Shown: one piece after another, positions 33,687 through 42,392 of the stretch
Layout: each line of letters opens with the position of its first letter
How positions within the stretch are numbered: position 1 is the stretch's first letter
IMG/VR virus record: IMGVR_UViG_3300045450_000145
Coordinates: 1 to 64,000 of that record
DNA length: 64,000 nt
Source of the DNA: a virus
Strand: one strand, 5' to 3'
The notes under the pieces: generated by a model
The model's input: the letters and a program-made list of their open reading frames with translations, nothing else
Databases searched by the model: none
Told to the model about the DNA's origin: nothing
Position numbers and translations under genes: made by a program

Positions 33687-35651
33687 ATGAGTAAACTCAA
33701 TTCCTTAAAGGCATCCTTCACTGAGAAGTTTGCTAAGCCAGAAACAATGTCTCTAGAAGATTATCTAGAGCTTTGCAAAACCGACAACATGGCATATGCC
33801 ACCGCTGCAGAGCGAATGGTTGAAGCTATCGGTCAGCCTGAAGTTATTGATACGAGCGGTGATCCACGTCTCTCGCGCATTCACTCCAACAAGAAGGTTC
33901 GAATTTATTCAGCATTTAAGGACTTCTACGGCGCTGAAGAAGCTGTTGAGCGTATTGCGGCGTATTTCCGTCATGCCGCAGCTGGGCTGGAAGAATCAAA
34001 GCAAATTTTATATTTGAAGGGCCCAGTAGGCGGTGGCAAGTCCTCACTTCTTGAGCGCCTCAAGGCCCTCATGGAGAAGCACCCAATTTATGTACTGTGC
34101 GATCCAGCGGAAACCGACCCTGAACTAAAGGTATCACCTGTCTTTGAGTCACCACTAGGCCTATTTGACTATAATGACCCAAATCACCAGGAGCTTCTAG
34201 ACGACCTCGGAATCCCAGCGTCATATGTCAATCAAACCGTTCTGTCCGGGTGGGCCCAGCAGAAGCTGCAGGAATTTAATGGCGACGTAACTAAATTTAG
34301 CGTCGTTAAGCTGTATCCTAACAAGGATCGACAAATTGCGGTCATGAAGGTTGAACCAGGTGATGAAAACAACCAGGACGTTTCAGTTCTAGTTGGTAAA
34401 ACTGACCTTCGTAAGCTAGAGCAATACCCGCAAAACCATCCATTCGCATACTCTTATTCCGGCGGGTTGAATAGAACCAACCAAGGTCTGCTAGATTTTG
34501 CTGAAATGTTTAAGGCCAACATTAAGACCCTGAACCCGCTGCTAATGGCGACTCAAGAGCACAATTATAATGGCACCGAAGCTATCCCGTCAATGCCATA
34601 TACCGGCATTATCTGCGCTCACTCAAACGAGTCAGAATGGTTTGCATTTAGAAATAACAAAACAAACGAGGCGTTCTTAGATCGCGTCTTTATTGTTAAC
34701 GTCCCATACTGCTTACGTGTAGATGAAGAAGTTAAGATTTACGAGAAGATGCTCAAGGGCTCCAACCTGCGCGACGCACCAGTTGCACCTCACACCCTCA
34801 ACCTGCTTGCGCAGTGGATGATTCTTACTCGTCTAGTAGCACCGGAAAATAGCACCATCTATGCTAAACTAAAGGTCTATAATGGCGAGAACGTGAAGGA
34901 CACGATGCCAAATGCCAAGCCATACGAAGAGTATCGGGATGCAGCTGGTATTGATGAAGGCATGAAGGGCATGTCAACCCGCTTTGCATTCAAGATTCTA
35001 TCTTCGACATTTGACCTGCGCCCGGAAGAATTCCAAGCAAATCCAATTGACCTAATGTACGTCATTGAAGAGTCAATTCGTAAGGAAGCACTGGAAGAAG
35101 ACCTACTTCGCAAGTACCAAGACTTCATCAAGTCTCACCTCCAACCAAAGTACTTTGAGTTTGTTGAGAAGGAACTACGCACAGCGTATCTTGAATCATA
35201 CAGCTCATTTGGGCAAAATATGTTTGAACATTACGTTCTATTCGCTGAAGCGTGGATTAACGATGAGCAGTGCCGTGATCCAGAAACCCACACTCTGCTA
35301 AATCGCGAAACTCTGAATAAGAAGCTCGAACAAATTGAAAAGGCAGCTGCTATCACTAACGCGAAGGACTTTCGAAACGAAATCGTTAATTACGTCCTGC
35401 GTTATAAAGCTAAGAATGCCGGTCAAACCCCAAAGTGGGACCAGTATGAAAAGATCAAGAACGTTATTGAGAAGCGTATGTTCTCAGCAACTGAACAGAT
35501 CATGCCAGTCATCGCCTTTGGACCAAAGCAAGACAAGGACCTGGAAGAAAAGCACGCTGGCTTCGTGCAGCGTATGATAGAAAAGGGTTATACTGAGAAT
35601 CAAGTTAAGGTTTTAGTTAGCTGGTTTGCAAACAATCGCAAATCGTCGTAA
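33687..35651 (+). CDS. yeaG: PrkA/YeaG-family AAA+ serine kinase
   Basis: Walker A GPVGGGKS, MKVEPGDENNQD, NQGLLDFAEMFKA, HSNESEW, DEGM.GMSTR. Confidence 0.95.
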   Translation: MSKLNSLKASFTEKFAKPETMSLEDYLELCKTDNMAYATAAERMVEAIGQPEVIDTSGDPRLSRIHSNKKVRIYSAFKDFYGAEEAVERIAAYFRHAAAGLEESKQILYLKGPVGGGKSSLLERLKALMEKHPIYVLCDPAETDPELKVSPVFESPLGLFDYNDPNHQELLDDLGIPASYVNQTVLSGWAQQKLQEFNGDVTKFSVVKLYPNKDRQIAVMKVEPGDENNQDVSVLVGKTDLRKLEQYPQNHPFAYSYSGGLNRTNQGLLDFAEMFKANIKTLNPLLMATQEHNYNGTEAIPSMPYTGIICAHSNESEWFAFRNNKTNEAFLDRVFIVNVPYCLRVDEEVKIYEKMLKGSNLRDAPVAPHTLNLLAQWMILTRLVAPENSTIYAKLKVYNGENVKDTMPNAKPYEEYRDAAGIDEGMKGMSTRFAFKILSSTFDLRPEEFQANPIDLMYVIEESIRKEALEEDLLRKYQDFIKSHLQPKYFEFVEKELRTAYLESYSSFGQNMFEHYVLFAEAWINDEQCRDPETHTLLNRETLNKKLEQIEKAAAITNAKDFRNEIVNYVLRYKAKNAGQTPKWDQYEKIKNVIEKRMFSATEQIMPVIAFGPKQDKDLEEKHAGFVQRMIEKGYTENQVKVLVSWFANNRKSS

Positions 35652-35695
35652 TTAGAAAATGGGTCTCTGCTAAATAAAATTATGCAGAGACCCAG

Positions 35696-35980
35696 ATGAA
35701 GGATAACATGGCTAAAAATTTACCTGTTTCAATTGCGAAGAAGGTTGCTGATGATAATAACTTGAAACAGGTTATTATACTCGGGTGGGACGGTGAAACT
35801 ACCCACGTCATAACATACGGTCAAACTATCAATGACTGTGATCAAGCTGCACAGGGTGGTAACAAGCTCAAGAGAGTATTGGGGTGGCCCGAATCATTGA
35901 ATGCAAATCCACCACGGGTAGAATCCTTATTAAAGAAAATTGCAGCGCTCGAGGTGCAGCTAAAGGAATTAAATGGCTGA
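35696..35980 (+). CDS. hypothetical protein
   Basis: 94 aa between yeaG and yeaH. Confidence 0.65.
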   Translation: MKDNMAKNLPVSIAKKVADDNNLKQVIILGWDGETTHVITYGQTINDCDQAAQGGNKLKRVLGWPESLNANPPRVESLLKKIAALEVQLKELNG

Positions 35981-37286
35981 TAAACCAATTTCCACAACAT
36001 TTATTTTCGTCGATCGTAGAAATACAGGTCGAGGCAAGTCTGTCAATAATAGGCAGAAGCTACTAAAGAGAATTAAAGATTCTATTCGACAATCTAAGCC
36101 AACCGACATCGCAGTTGGGGGTGTAGCCGACGCGGGTAAAGGCGGCGCTTCTAATAATCAAGTTAATCCAATTCGTGTTGCTAGAAATGCACTCGCTGAG
36201 CCTGTATTCCACTACACACCTAACATGGGTGAAAGAGAAATCGTTCTAGTTGGCAATGATAGGTGGCTGAAGGGTGATCAATTCCCACTAAGTGGCCAAG
36301 GTGATAGTGGTGGCGATAGTGATGCAGGGCATGGTGAAGACACTGAGGACGACTATATTGTTAATGTCAGTAAGAATGAATTCTTTGACGTCTTCTTTGA
36401 AGACTGCGAATTGCCAAACATGCAGGAGAATCATGAGAAGGATACGCCTGAAGCAACGTGGCAACGAGCTGGATATCAGAAAAGCGGTAATGCCGGTCAA
36501 CTTTCTGTCATTAGGTCGTTCAAGCAAAGCAAGATGCGTCGGATCGCTCTAACGTCAACCAACAAGAAGCTAATTGAAGAGCTTGAAGAGGAACTCAATA
36601 ATACTGCTGATAAGGATAAAATTGCTGAGATTGAAGCTGATATTATAAAACTCAAGATAAAAAATAACGCAATCAGCTTATTTGAGAATGTAGACTTGCG
36701 ATACTGCAAGCAGGAGAAGGTGCAAGTCAAGACTTCAGACGCGGCTTTCTTTATGTTGATGGACGTGAGTGGCTCAATGGATGAAGAAAAGAAACTTATT
36801 GCGCGGCGTCTTTTTGCATTGCAGTTTGCATTTATTAAGAGAGTCTATCCTAACATTGACATTATTTTTATTGCCCACACTGATGAAGCGCAAGAACTCG
36901 AAGAAGATGAGTTCTTTACAACTAAGCTAAGTGGCGGTACGACTGTTTCTTCGGCATTTAAGCTTATGCATGAAATCATTAAGGAACGATATGATGCAAA
37001 TATCACTAACATCTATGCATCCTATGCCGGTGATGGTGATAACTGGGTAGATGATAATGCAGTCTTAATGAATGAGATTGAAGACAGCGGTTTGCTTTCA
37101 AAGCTTCGCCACGCGGTGTATTCACAAATCAAGGAAGGATTCATCTCCTCATATGGCGGGCAGAATAACTTGTGGAATACTATGCAATCAATTTCTAAAA
37201 GCACAAAAAAGGTGTCAGTGATTAAAATAGCTAGTGAAGACGAAATTTTTGATGCGTTCAAAACTATCTACAAGAGGAAGGCCTAA
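35973..37286 (+). CDS. yeaH: YeaH/YhbH (DUF444, vWA) protein
   Basis: DRR..GKSVNNRQK, FMLMDVSGSM, SGGT.VSSA, GDGDNW. Confidence 0.93.
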   Translation: MADKPISTTFIFVDRRNTGRGKSVNNRQKLLKRIKDSIRQSKPTDIAVGGVADAGKGGASNNQVNPIRVARNALAEPVFHYTPNMGEREIVLVGNDRWLKGDQFPLSGQGDSGGDSDAGHGEDTEDDYIVNVSKNEFFDVFFEDCELPNMQENHEKDTPEATWQRAGYQKSGNAGQLSVIRSFKQSKMRRIALTSTNKKLIEELEEELNNTADKDKIAEIEADIIKLKIKNNAISLFENVDLRYCKQEKVQVKTSDAAFFMLMDVSGSMDEEKKLIARRLFALQFAFIKRVYPNIDIIFIAHTDEAQELEEDEFFTTKLSGGTTVSSAFKLMHEIIKERYDANITNIYASYAGDGDNWVDDNAVLMNEIEDSGLLSKLRHAVYSQIKEGFISSYGGQNNLWNTMQSISKSTKKVSVIKIASEDEIFDAFKTIYKRKA

Positions 37287-37287
37287 T

Positions 37288-38805
37288 ATGACAGAAAAAC
37301 TGTGGATAACAAGTAAGACGGACTGGACGCCAGAGTTAATTAAGCAGTCATACGAGGAAATTGAAAAGATTGCTTTAGAGGAAATGGAACTAGAGGTTTA
37401 TCCAAACTCAGTCGAAATTATTTCAGCTGAGCAAATGCTAGACGCATATTCAAGCATCGGCTTGCCAATCCATTACAATCACTGGTCATTTGGTAAGGAC
37501 TTTGAATCTAACTTTAACTCATACTCAAAAGGGCGTCAAGGTCTAGCGTATGAGATTGTAATTAATACTAATCCCTGTATTAGTTACCTAATGGAAGAAA
37601 ACAACATGATGATGCAGGCGATGGTGATTGCCCACGCTGCCTTCGGTCATAACGCCGTATTTAAAAATAATGAATGTTTTAAGCAGTGGACTGAAGCATC
37701 TAACATTATTGACTACATGATGTTTGCACGCGATTACATTCGACAGTGCGAAGAGCGTTATGGTGAAAGCGAAGTTGAGAAGGTATTAGATGCGGCTCAC
37801 GCCCTCGCCCCACATGGCGTGGACAAATTTAGTCGAAAGCATACCCCTCGACTCTCAGAAGAAGCCCGGTTGCAAAAGCTAATTAGTGAAGAGGATGCTA
37901 AACAGAAAGAGTTAGATATTATTCTAAAGCGCACCTCATACAAGGATGTCGACTTAAGTGAGCATGATGATGGGGATAATCCTGAAGAAGAGGAAAATCT
38001 GCTTTATTTTATCATGAAGAAATCTCCATCTCTACCTCAATGGAAAAGAGAAATTATTCGCATTGTCTATAAGATCAATCAGTATTTCTACCCACAGGGC
38101 CAAACTAAAAACCTAAATGAAGGTTTTGCATCCTTTACGCATTATTATATTATGACTCGAATGGAAGAGAAGGGCATGATATCTCCAGATGCATTTATGT
38201 ATTTCTTAGAGAGCCACAGTGGAGTTATCTTCCAGCCTGAATACCACCGCAGATATTATGGTGGCATTAATCCATACGCCCTAGGCTTTGCTATCTTCCA
38301 AGATATCAAGCGCATTTGCGATAATCCAACTGAAGAAGATAAGTATTGGTTTCCTCACCTCATTGGTAAGAGATGGCAGGATGCAGTTAAGGATGCTGCA
38401 TTTGAATACCGTGATGACAGCTTTGTAAGTCAATATTTGTCACCTAAGGTAATTAGAGACCTTAAACTATTTTCAGTTAATATTTTAGTTACTGAAGGTA
38501 AACTTGAAGATGCGGCAGTAATTCAAACTGATGCAGATGGCAATACTCACTCGGCTAGAGCAATTGTAAGTGACATTCACGATGAAGTTGGGTATAGAAA
38601 CATTCGTAATAACCTAGCTAAGAGCTTTGAACGTATTAATTTCGTTCCTCAAATTATGGTTGTTGGGGCAGACTTAGATGGTGACCGCGCACTTAAGCTA
38701 AAGTATAATTCATACATGGGAAGAACTTTAGATGTAGAGGACGCTATACTGGTTACATCCTATATTGATTCTCTCTGGGGCTATCAAGTAGATTTAGACT
38801 GTTAA
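37288..38805 (+). CDS. ycgB: SpoVR/YcgB-family protein
   Basis: YSSIGLP..HWSFGK, GLAYEIVIN, AHAAFGH..FKNN, NEGFAS. Confidence 0.93.
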   Translation: MTEKLWITSKTDWTPELIKQSYEEIEKIALEEMELEVYPNSVEIISAEQMLDAYSSIGLPIHYNHWSFGKDFESNFNSYSKGRQGLAYEIVINTNPCISYLMEENNMMMQAMVIAHAAFGHNAVFKNNECFKQWTEASNIIDYMMFARDYIRQCEERYGESEVEKVLDAAHALAPHGVDKFSRKHTPRLSEEARLQKLISEEDAKQKELDIILKRTSYKDVDLSEHDDGDNPEEEENLLYFIMKKSPSLPQWKREIIRIVYKINQYFYPQGQTKNLNEGFASFTHYYIMTRMEEKGMISPDAFMYFLESHSGVIFQPEYHRRYYGGINPYALGFAIFQDIKRICDNPTEEDKYWFPHLIGKRWQDAVKDAAFEYRDDSFVSQYLSPKVIRDLKLFSVNILVTEGKLEDAAVIQTDADGNTHSARAIVSDIHDEVGYRNIRNNLAKSFERINFVPQIMVVGADLDGDRALKLKYNSYMGRTLDVEDAILVTSYIDSLWGYQVDLDC

Positions 38806-38807
38806 AA

Positions 38808-38834
38808 TAAAGGGGACCTAAGGTCCCCTTTTCA
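38808..38834. terminator. bidirectional terminator between convergent operons
   Basis: aaaggggacc-taa-ggtcccctttt. Confidence 0.8.
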
Positions 38835-39698
38835 TTTATATGTTTCCGGCCAACCTTGAGTAATATCAAAAGAGGCTGGATTAACGCTGCTCATTAGTTG
38901 CAGCTTTAACTGCTCAGCATACCTGAAAATATTATTGTTGGCAATAATAGATGCATTGTAAATGTCATTGACCAAGCTCGGCGTTAAGGTTACAAAATCA
39001 CCAGTCATTGTCTTCCACTGCATGTTTGAGGGCAGATTTGACCCTGCCGCATGTAATGCTAAGTATCTAATTAGTGAATCAGTGTCAGTGTGAAACCACA
39101 TGTTATTCACCTTAATTCCACCTGCAACCTTCTTATCGCGTAAAGCCATAATTCTTTCCCACTGCTCGGCTTGAATTACGCTCATTGGTAACACTTGATT
39201 TGGTGCCTCAATAGTTTGTTTCAAGCTATCAGATAATGGAATGTCTGCCGGCCATTCATATGATTGAATGAAATTAAGTTGAGTTGGCCTAGTTGGCCAC
39301 TTTACATTGAATACGTCCTGCTTAGTAATATCTCTTAGCGCTTGTCTATATTCTGTAATTTTACGTTGTGCAACGACATCTAAGCTATTCCATCTATCAG
39401 CAGTAGCTGCAATATCTGTAATGGACAAGAGGTGGTCACGCTGAGTTCTAATATACTCTTCAACCAAAGGTAAAGCGCTTTGCTTGGCCTTAATTAAACT
39501 ATCTCTGCTCATTGCCCCCTCAGCGGCTTCAGGAGTTAAGAAACCACGATTAAAAACTGCAAAGCTTAAGTCGCTTAAAGTTTCATCTGATAAATCTTGT
39601 ACTGACCCCATGTTGCCATAATACTCAGGCAGTTGCATATATGAGATTGCGATCTTATTCTTGAGGTCGCACTCGTAATACCATTTAGAATTTTTCAT
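38832..39698 (-). CDS. tail-fibre assembly chaperone plus DUF4376-like domain
   Basis: R.QRD.LL..YRQALRDIT.Q..WP.P; C-terminal WFHTD.DS..WKTM. Confidence 0.7.
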   Translation of the reverse strand: MKNSKWYYECDLKNKIAISYMQLPEYYGNMGSVQDLSDETLSDLSFAVFNRGFLTPEAAEGAMSRDSLIKAKQSALPLVEEYIRTQRDHLLSITDIAATADRWNSLDVVAQRKITEYRQALRDITKQDVFNVKWPTRPTQLNFIQSYEWPADIPLSDSLKQTIEAPNQVLPMSVIQAEQWERIMALRDKKVAGGIKVNNMWFHTDTDSLIRYLALHAAGSNLPSNMQWKTMTGDFVTLTPSLVNDIYNASIIANNNIFRYAEQLKLQLMSSVNPASFDITQGWPETYK

Positions 39699-40435
39699 TT
39701 GTCACCTCGATGATCATAAGGGCATTTCATAATAAAGGTCTTCTTTGAAGACAAGAACTTTCTATAATATCTTTTTATTCTTGACGGCATGTTAAACATA
39801 TGCTCGTCTATTTCTTTTATAGTCGCCTTATCACATTCAGCCGTGACGATTTCTCTTTTTAGAGGCAATACCTGTAATAATGGAGCCCCAGCCGGAATGG
39901 TAAATTCACATTCCTTTAAGGGACTAAAGATAAAATTGACTGTGTGGAATTTATCATAATCGACAATGCCAGGATAGACAAATATTTTATCCAGATAATC
40001 AGCATGCATTAAAGCCGGCATGACATATGCAGAATATCCTTCTTCAGCAATAATGCTCCATGGCAAAGGAATCTTCCACGCTGACTTTTCAACGTCAGGG
40101 GTATTTAGCATGCCATCTACAACCTCGTAATTAAATTTAGTTGGATTTAGGCGATGAGCTTGATCTGCAGGTACTGCAGTGCCTTCAACGACAATCATAG
40201 TGCCAGCACTATTGGCTTTAATGTGAATGTCAGTGTGCGCAGTGATGATATACCCAGCGTGAGAATAATCTAGCATGCCAGGGCAATCATGAAATTTTTG
40301 AGAACCTATTTGCTTTCTCAACCACTTAGGTTTAATCCTAGATGCATTCATGACTGGCGTCGCTACCGCAAAATTGCCGATATAAGATTTAAACTTAAAC
40401 GTCGGTTTCTTTTTAAAAATGTCTTTAAAGTTCAT
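39695..40435 (-). CDS. DUF6065-like protein
   Basis: DCPGM.DY..GYII, WKIPLPW.I, PGIVD.D, IPAG.PL.QV.P. Confidence 0.55.
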   Translation of the reverse strand: MNFKDIFKKKPTFKFKSYIGNFAVATPVMNASRIKPKWLRKQIGSQKFHDCPGMLDYSHAGYIITAHTDIHIKANSAGTMIVVEGTAVPADQAHRLNPTKFNYEVVDGMLNTPDVEKSAWKIPLPWSIIAEEGYSAYVMPALMHADYLDKIFVYPGIVDYDKFHTVNFIFSPLKECEFTIPAGAPLLQVLPLKREIVTAECDKATIKEIDEHMFNMPSRIKRYYRKFLSSKKTFIMKCPYDHRGDK

Positions 40436-41187
40436 TTTCTGTTGGCTCTCACTTCATTAGTGTAGACATGACGGCGTGACTGCTGCTTCTTACCAAGAGT
40501 GTCTGCAAATTCAAACTCTTCTTTTGTCATTTTACGCGGGGTAGCTTTATATTCTAAATCATCACGATGAACAGGTATTACAGTTACTAGTGGTGTGCCG
40601 GCAGAAATAACATCATCGTGATTGTTTATATGCCAAATGGCTGGGAAGTTAACTTGTTTTGCGTATGCATCCGTGTCAACTAATCCTGAAAAACAAGTAA
40701 ATCTCTTCTCGAAGTGGTTTACCGGTGGCATGAAGAAACTTGAAATACCAGGTTTAGTTTTAATAATCCAAGGATTAATAAACTTTATCGCATGGCCCGG
40801 ATATGTCGGCGATGTCTTATTGCCAAGCTGAGATAAAGAGTGAGATTCAATAATAGGCCCTAGCGGATTCTTACCAGCATCGATAATGCTACAGTCATCG
40901 TTGGTTGCAACATTTACATCACCGAATAGCGGAATAATCCACCCGGCCGTCATTGCATCCAACAGCGGCATGCATTTTTTAGCAGACATGCCTTTTGCAT
41001 CAAACTGATCTCTACCAGTATCTACGATTGGTTTGATTGATTTAAACCATGGTGCAATGCATTTGCTGGCAGGTGTAGGGTGAGGAATGACGTCAAATAA
41101 AGCAGGGTCACAGTAGAATTGAATTAAATCATCTTCTGCAACCTTAACTAAGTTTTTAATAGATTTAGTTAAGTAATGCAGCATCAT
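40432..41187 (-). CDS. DUF6065-like protein (paralogue)
   Basis: KKCMPLLDAM..GWII, KFINPW.I.T.PG, SGLVDTD, ISAGTPL..VIP. Confidence 0.6.
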   Translation of the reverse strand: MMLHYLTKSIKNLVKVAEDDLIQFYCDPALFDVIPHPTPASKCIAPWFKSIKPIVDTGRDQFDAKGMSAKKCMPLLDAMTAGWIIPLFGDVNVATNDDCSIIDAGKNPLGPIIESHSLSQLGNKTSPTYPGHAIKFINPWIIKTKPGISSFFMPPVNHFEKRFTCFSGLVDTDAYAKQVNFPAIWHINNHDDVISAGTPLVTVIPVHRDDLEYKATPRKMTKEEFEFADTLGKKQQSRRHVYTNEVRANRK

Positions 41188-41795
41188 CTAATCTTCTCAC
41201 CTAGCGCCCATGTAACTAATGCTAGTCGTGTGCCTTTTATAACTGGCTCGACATTATGCGGAATATGAGAGTAAAATAAGATCATCTCACCCTTCTTGAG
41301 CTTAACTTTTATTAAGTCCTTCTCAGCCCCACTTGCATCCAATACTAGTTCACCACCTTCGTATTCGTCTGGCTCGCTCAACATTACGCTCATGGATAAC
41401 TTACGATATAATCCGCCAGGCGGATTAATGATAATGTCGGTGTGTCTCTTGTAATGACCATTTAATTTATACTTGGAATATTGGAAGCCATCAAATGAAG
41501 TCAAGTCCATCTGAAAGTGCATAAAATTTAAGTAAGCAACGACCTCATTCATTCTATCAAATATCCAGTGATTTTGTGGTTCAGGCATAATCCAAGTGAT
41601 ATCAGTATTTCGATATTCTTGGTCCTCACGTCCTTCATTACTGCCCATCTTTGCCTTTTTAAATTCTAGCAGCTCACCAACCTGCTTGATTTTGTCGCAT
41701 TCTTCTGGCTCAAATGCCTTCCACGCCACATATGGCACCATTGGTGGAATGTAGGTATCAATCTGTCTTGTCATATATGAATTATGGTTGGCCAA
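41184..41795 (-). CDS. 2OG-Fe(II) oxygenase (PKHD/prolyl-hydroxylase-like)
   Basis: H.D (RHTD), RKLS.SV.L, YEGGEL, H.V.PV..GTR. Confidence 0.92.
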   Translation of the reverse strand: MANHNSYMTRQIDTYIPPMVPYVAWKAFEPEECDKIKQVGELLEFKKAKMGSNEGREDQEYRNTDITWIMPEPQNHWIFDRMNEVVAYLNFMHFQMDLTSFDGFQYSKYKLNGHYKRHTDIIINPPGGLYRKLSMSVMLSEPDEYEGGELVLDASGAEKDLIKVKLKKGEMILFYSHIPHNVEPVIKGTRLALVTWALGEKIR

Positions 41796-42384
41796 CTGGC
41801 GTAATAGTTACATACCCTCCAGATGGCACGGTAATAGAAATTCCGCTCTGTTGATATTTAAGATTAGATAAGGTGCTTGGGACAATCGGTGCTGGATTGC
41901 CTGCAGGTCCACCAGGAAACACGACTCCTCCAATCCCCACCATAGCACCGTCTGTCCCTGGATAATATGGGTTGTAATACACTGGATTGTAGTAAGTGTT
42001 GCCGGGCACGTAGTATGAAACAAAGTAGTTTACATAGGAAGAACCAGGCGCACCAGGGTTTGCATAATATACGTATGGAGATGGGGTGCTATAAGATGGC
42101 CCCCAAGGGTGGTCGTTGTTACTATATGCATTACCGCCATTAGTAAAGTCATAATAGGTGGTGTAGGCATTACCACCCATCAAGGTTGGGTTGGAAGATT
42201 GATTGCCTCCACTGGCATAGTTGCCACCAGTGGGTGAATTACCAGAAGCGCCTCTCCCACCAATTAACACCGTGTGCGTTGCATATGGCACAGGATAAAC
42301 CCCGGGCGCATACATAGTTACAGTATTAGCGAGGGCTTGAGCTAAGTTAGACTTGCGTCTGCGAAGTTTTCGTGCTACGTACAT
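41782..42384 (-). CDS. Gly/Pro/Tyr/Asn-rich virion-associated protein
   Basis: YNPVYYNPYYPG-type low complexity; follows tail-fibre gene. Confidence 0.6.
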   Translation of the reverse strand: MYVARKLRRRKSNLAQALANTVTMYAPGVYPVPYATHTVLIGGRGASGNSPTGGNYASGGNQSSNPTLMGGNAYTTYYDFTNGGNAYSNNDHPWGPSYSTPSPYVYYANPGAPGSSYVNYFVSYYVPGNTYYNPVYYNPYYPGTDGAMVGIGGVVFPGGPAGNPAPIVPSTLSNLKYQQSGISITVPSGGYVTITPVGQP

Positions 42385-42392
42385 TGCAAACC

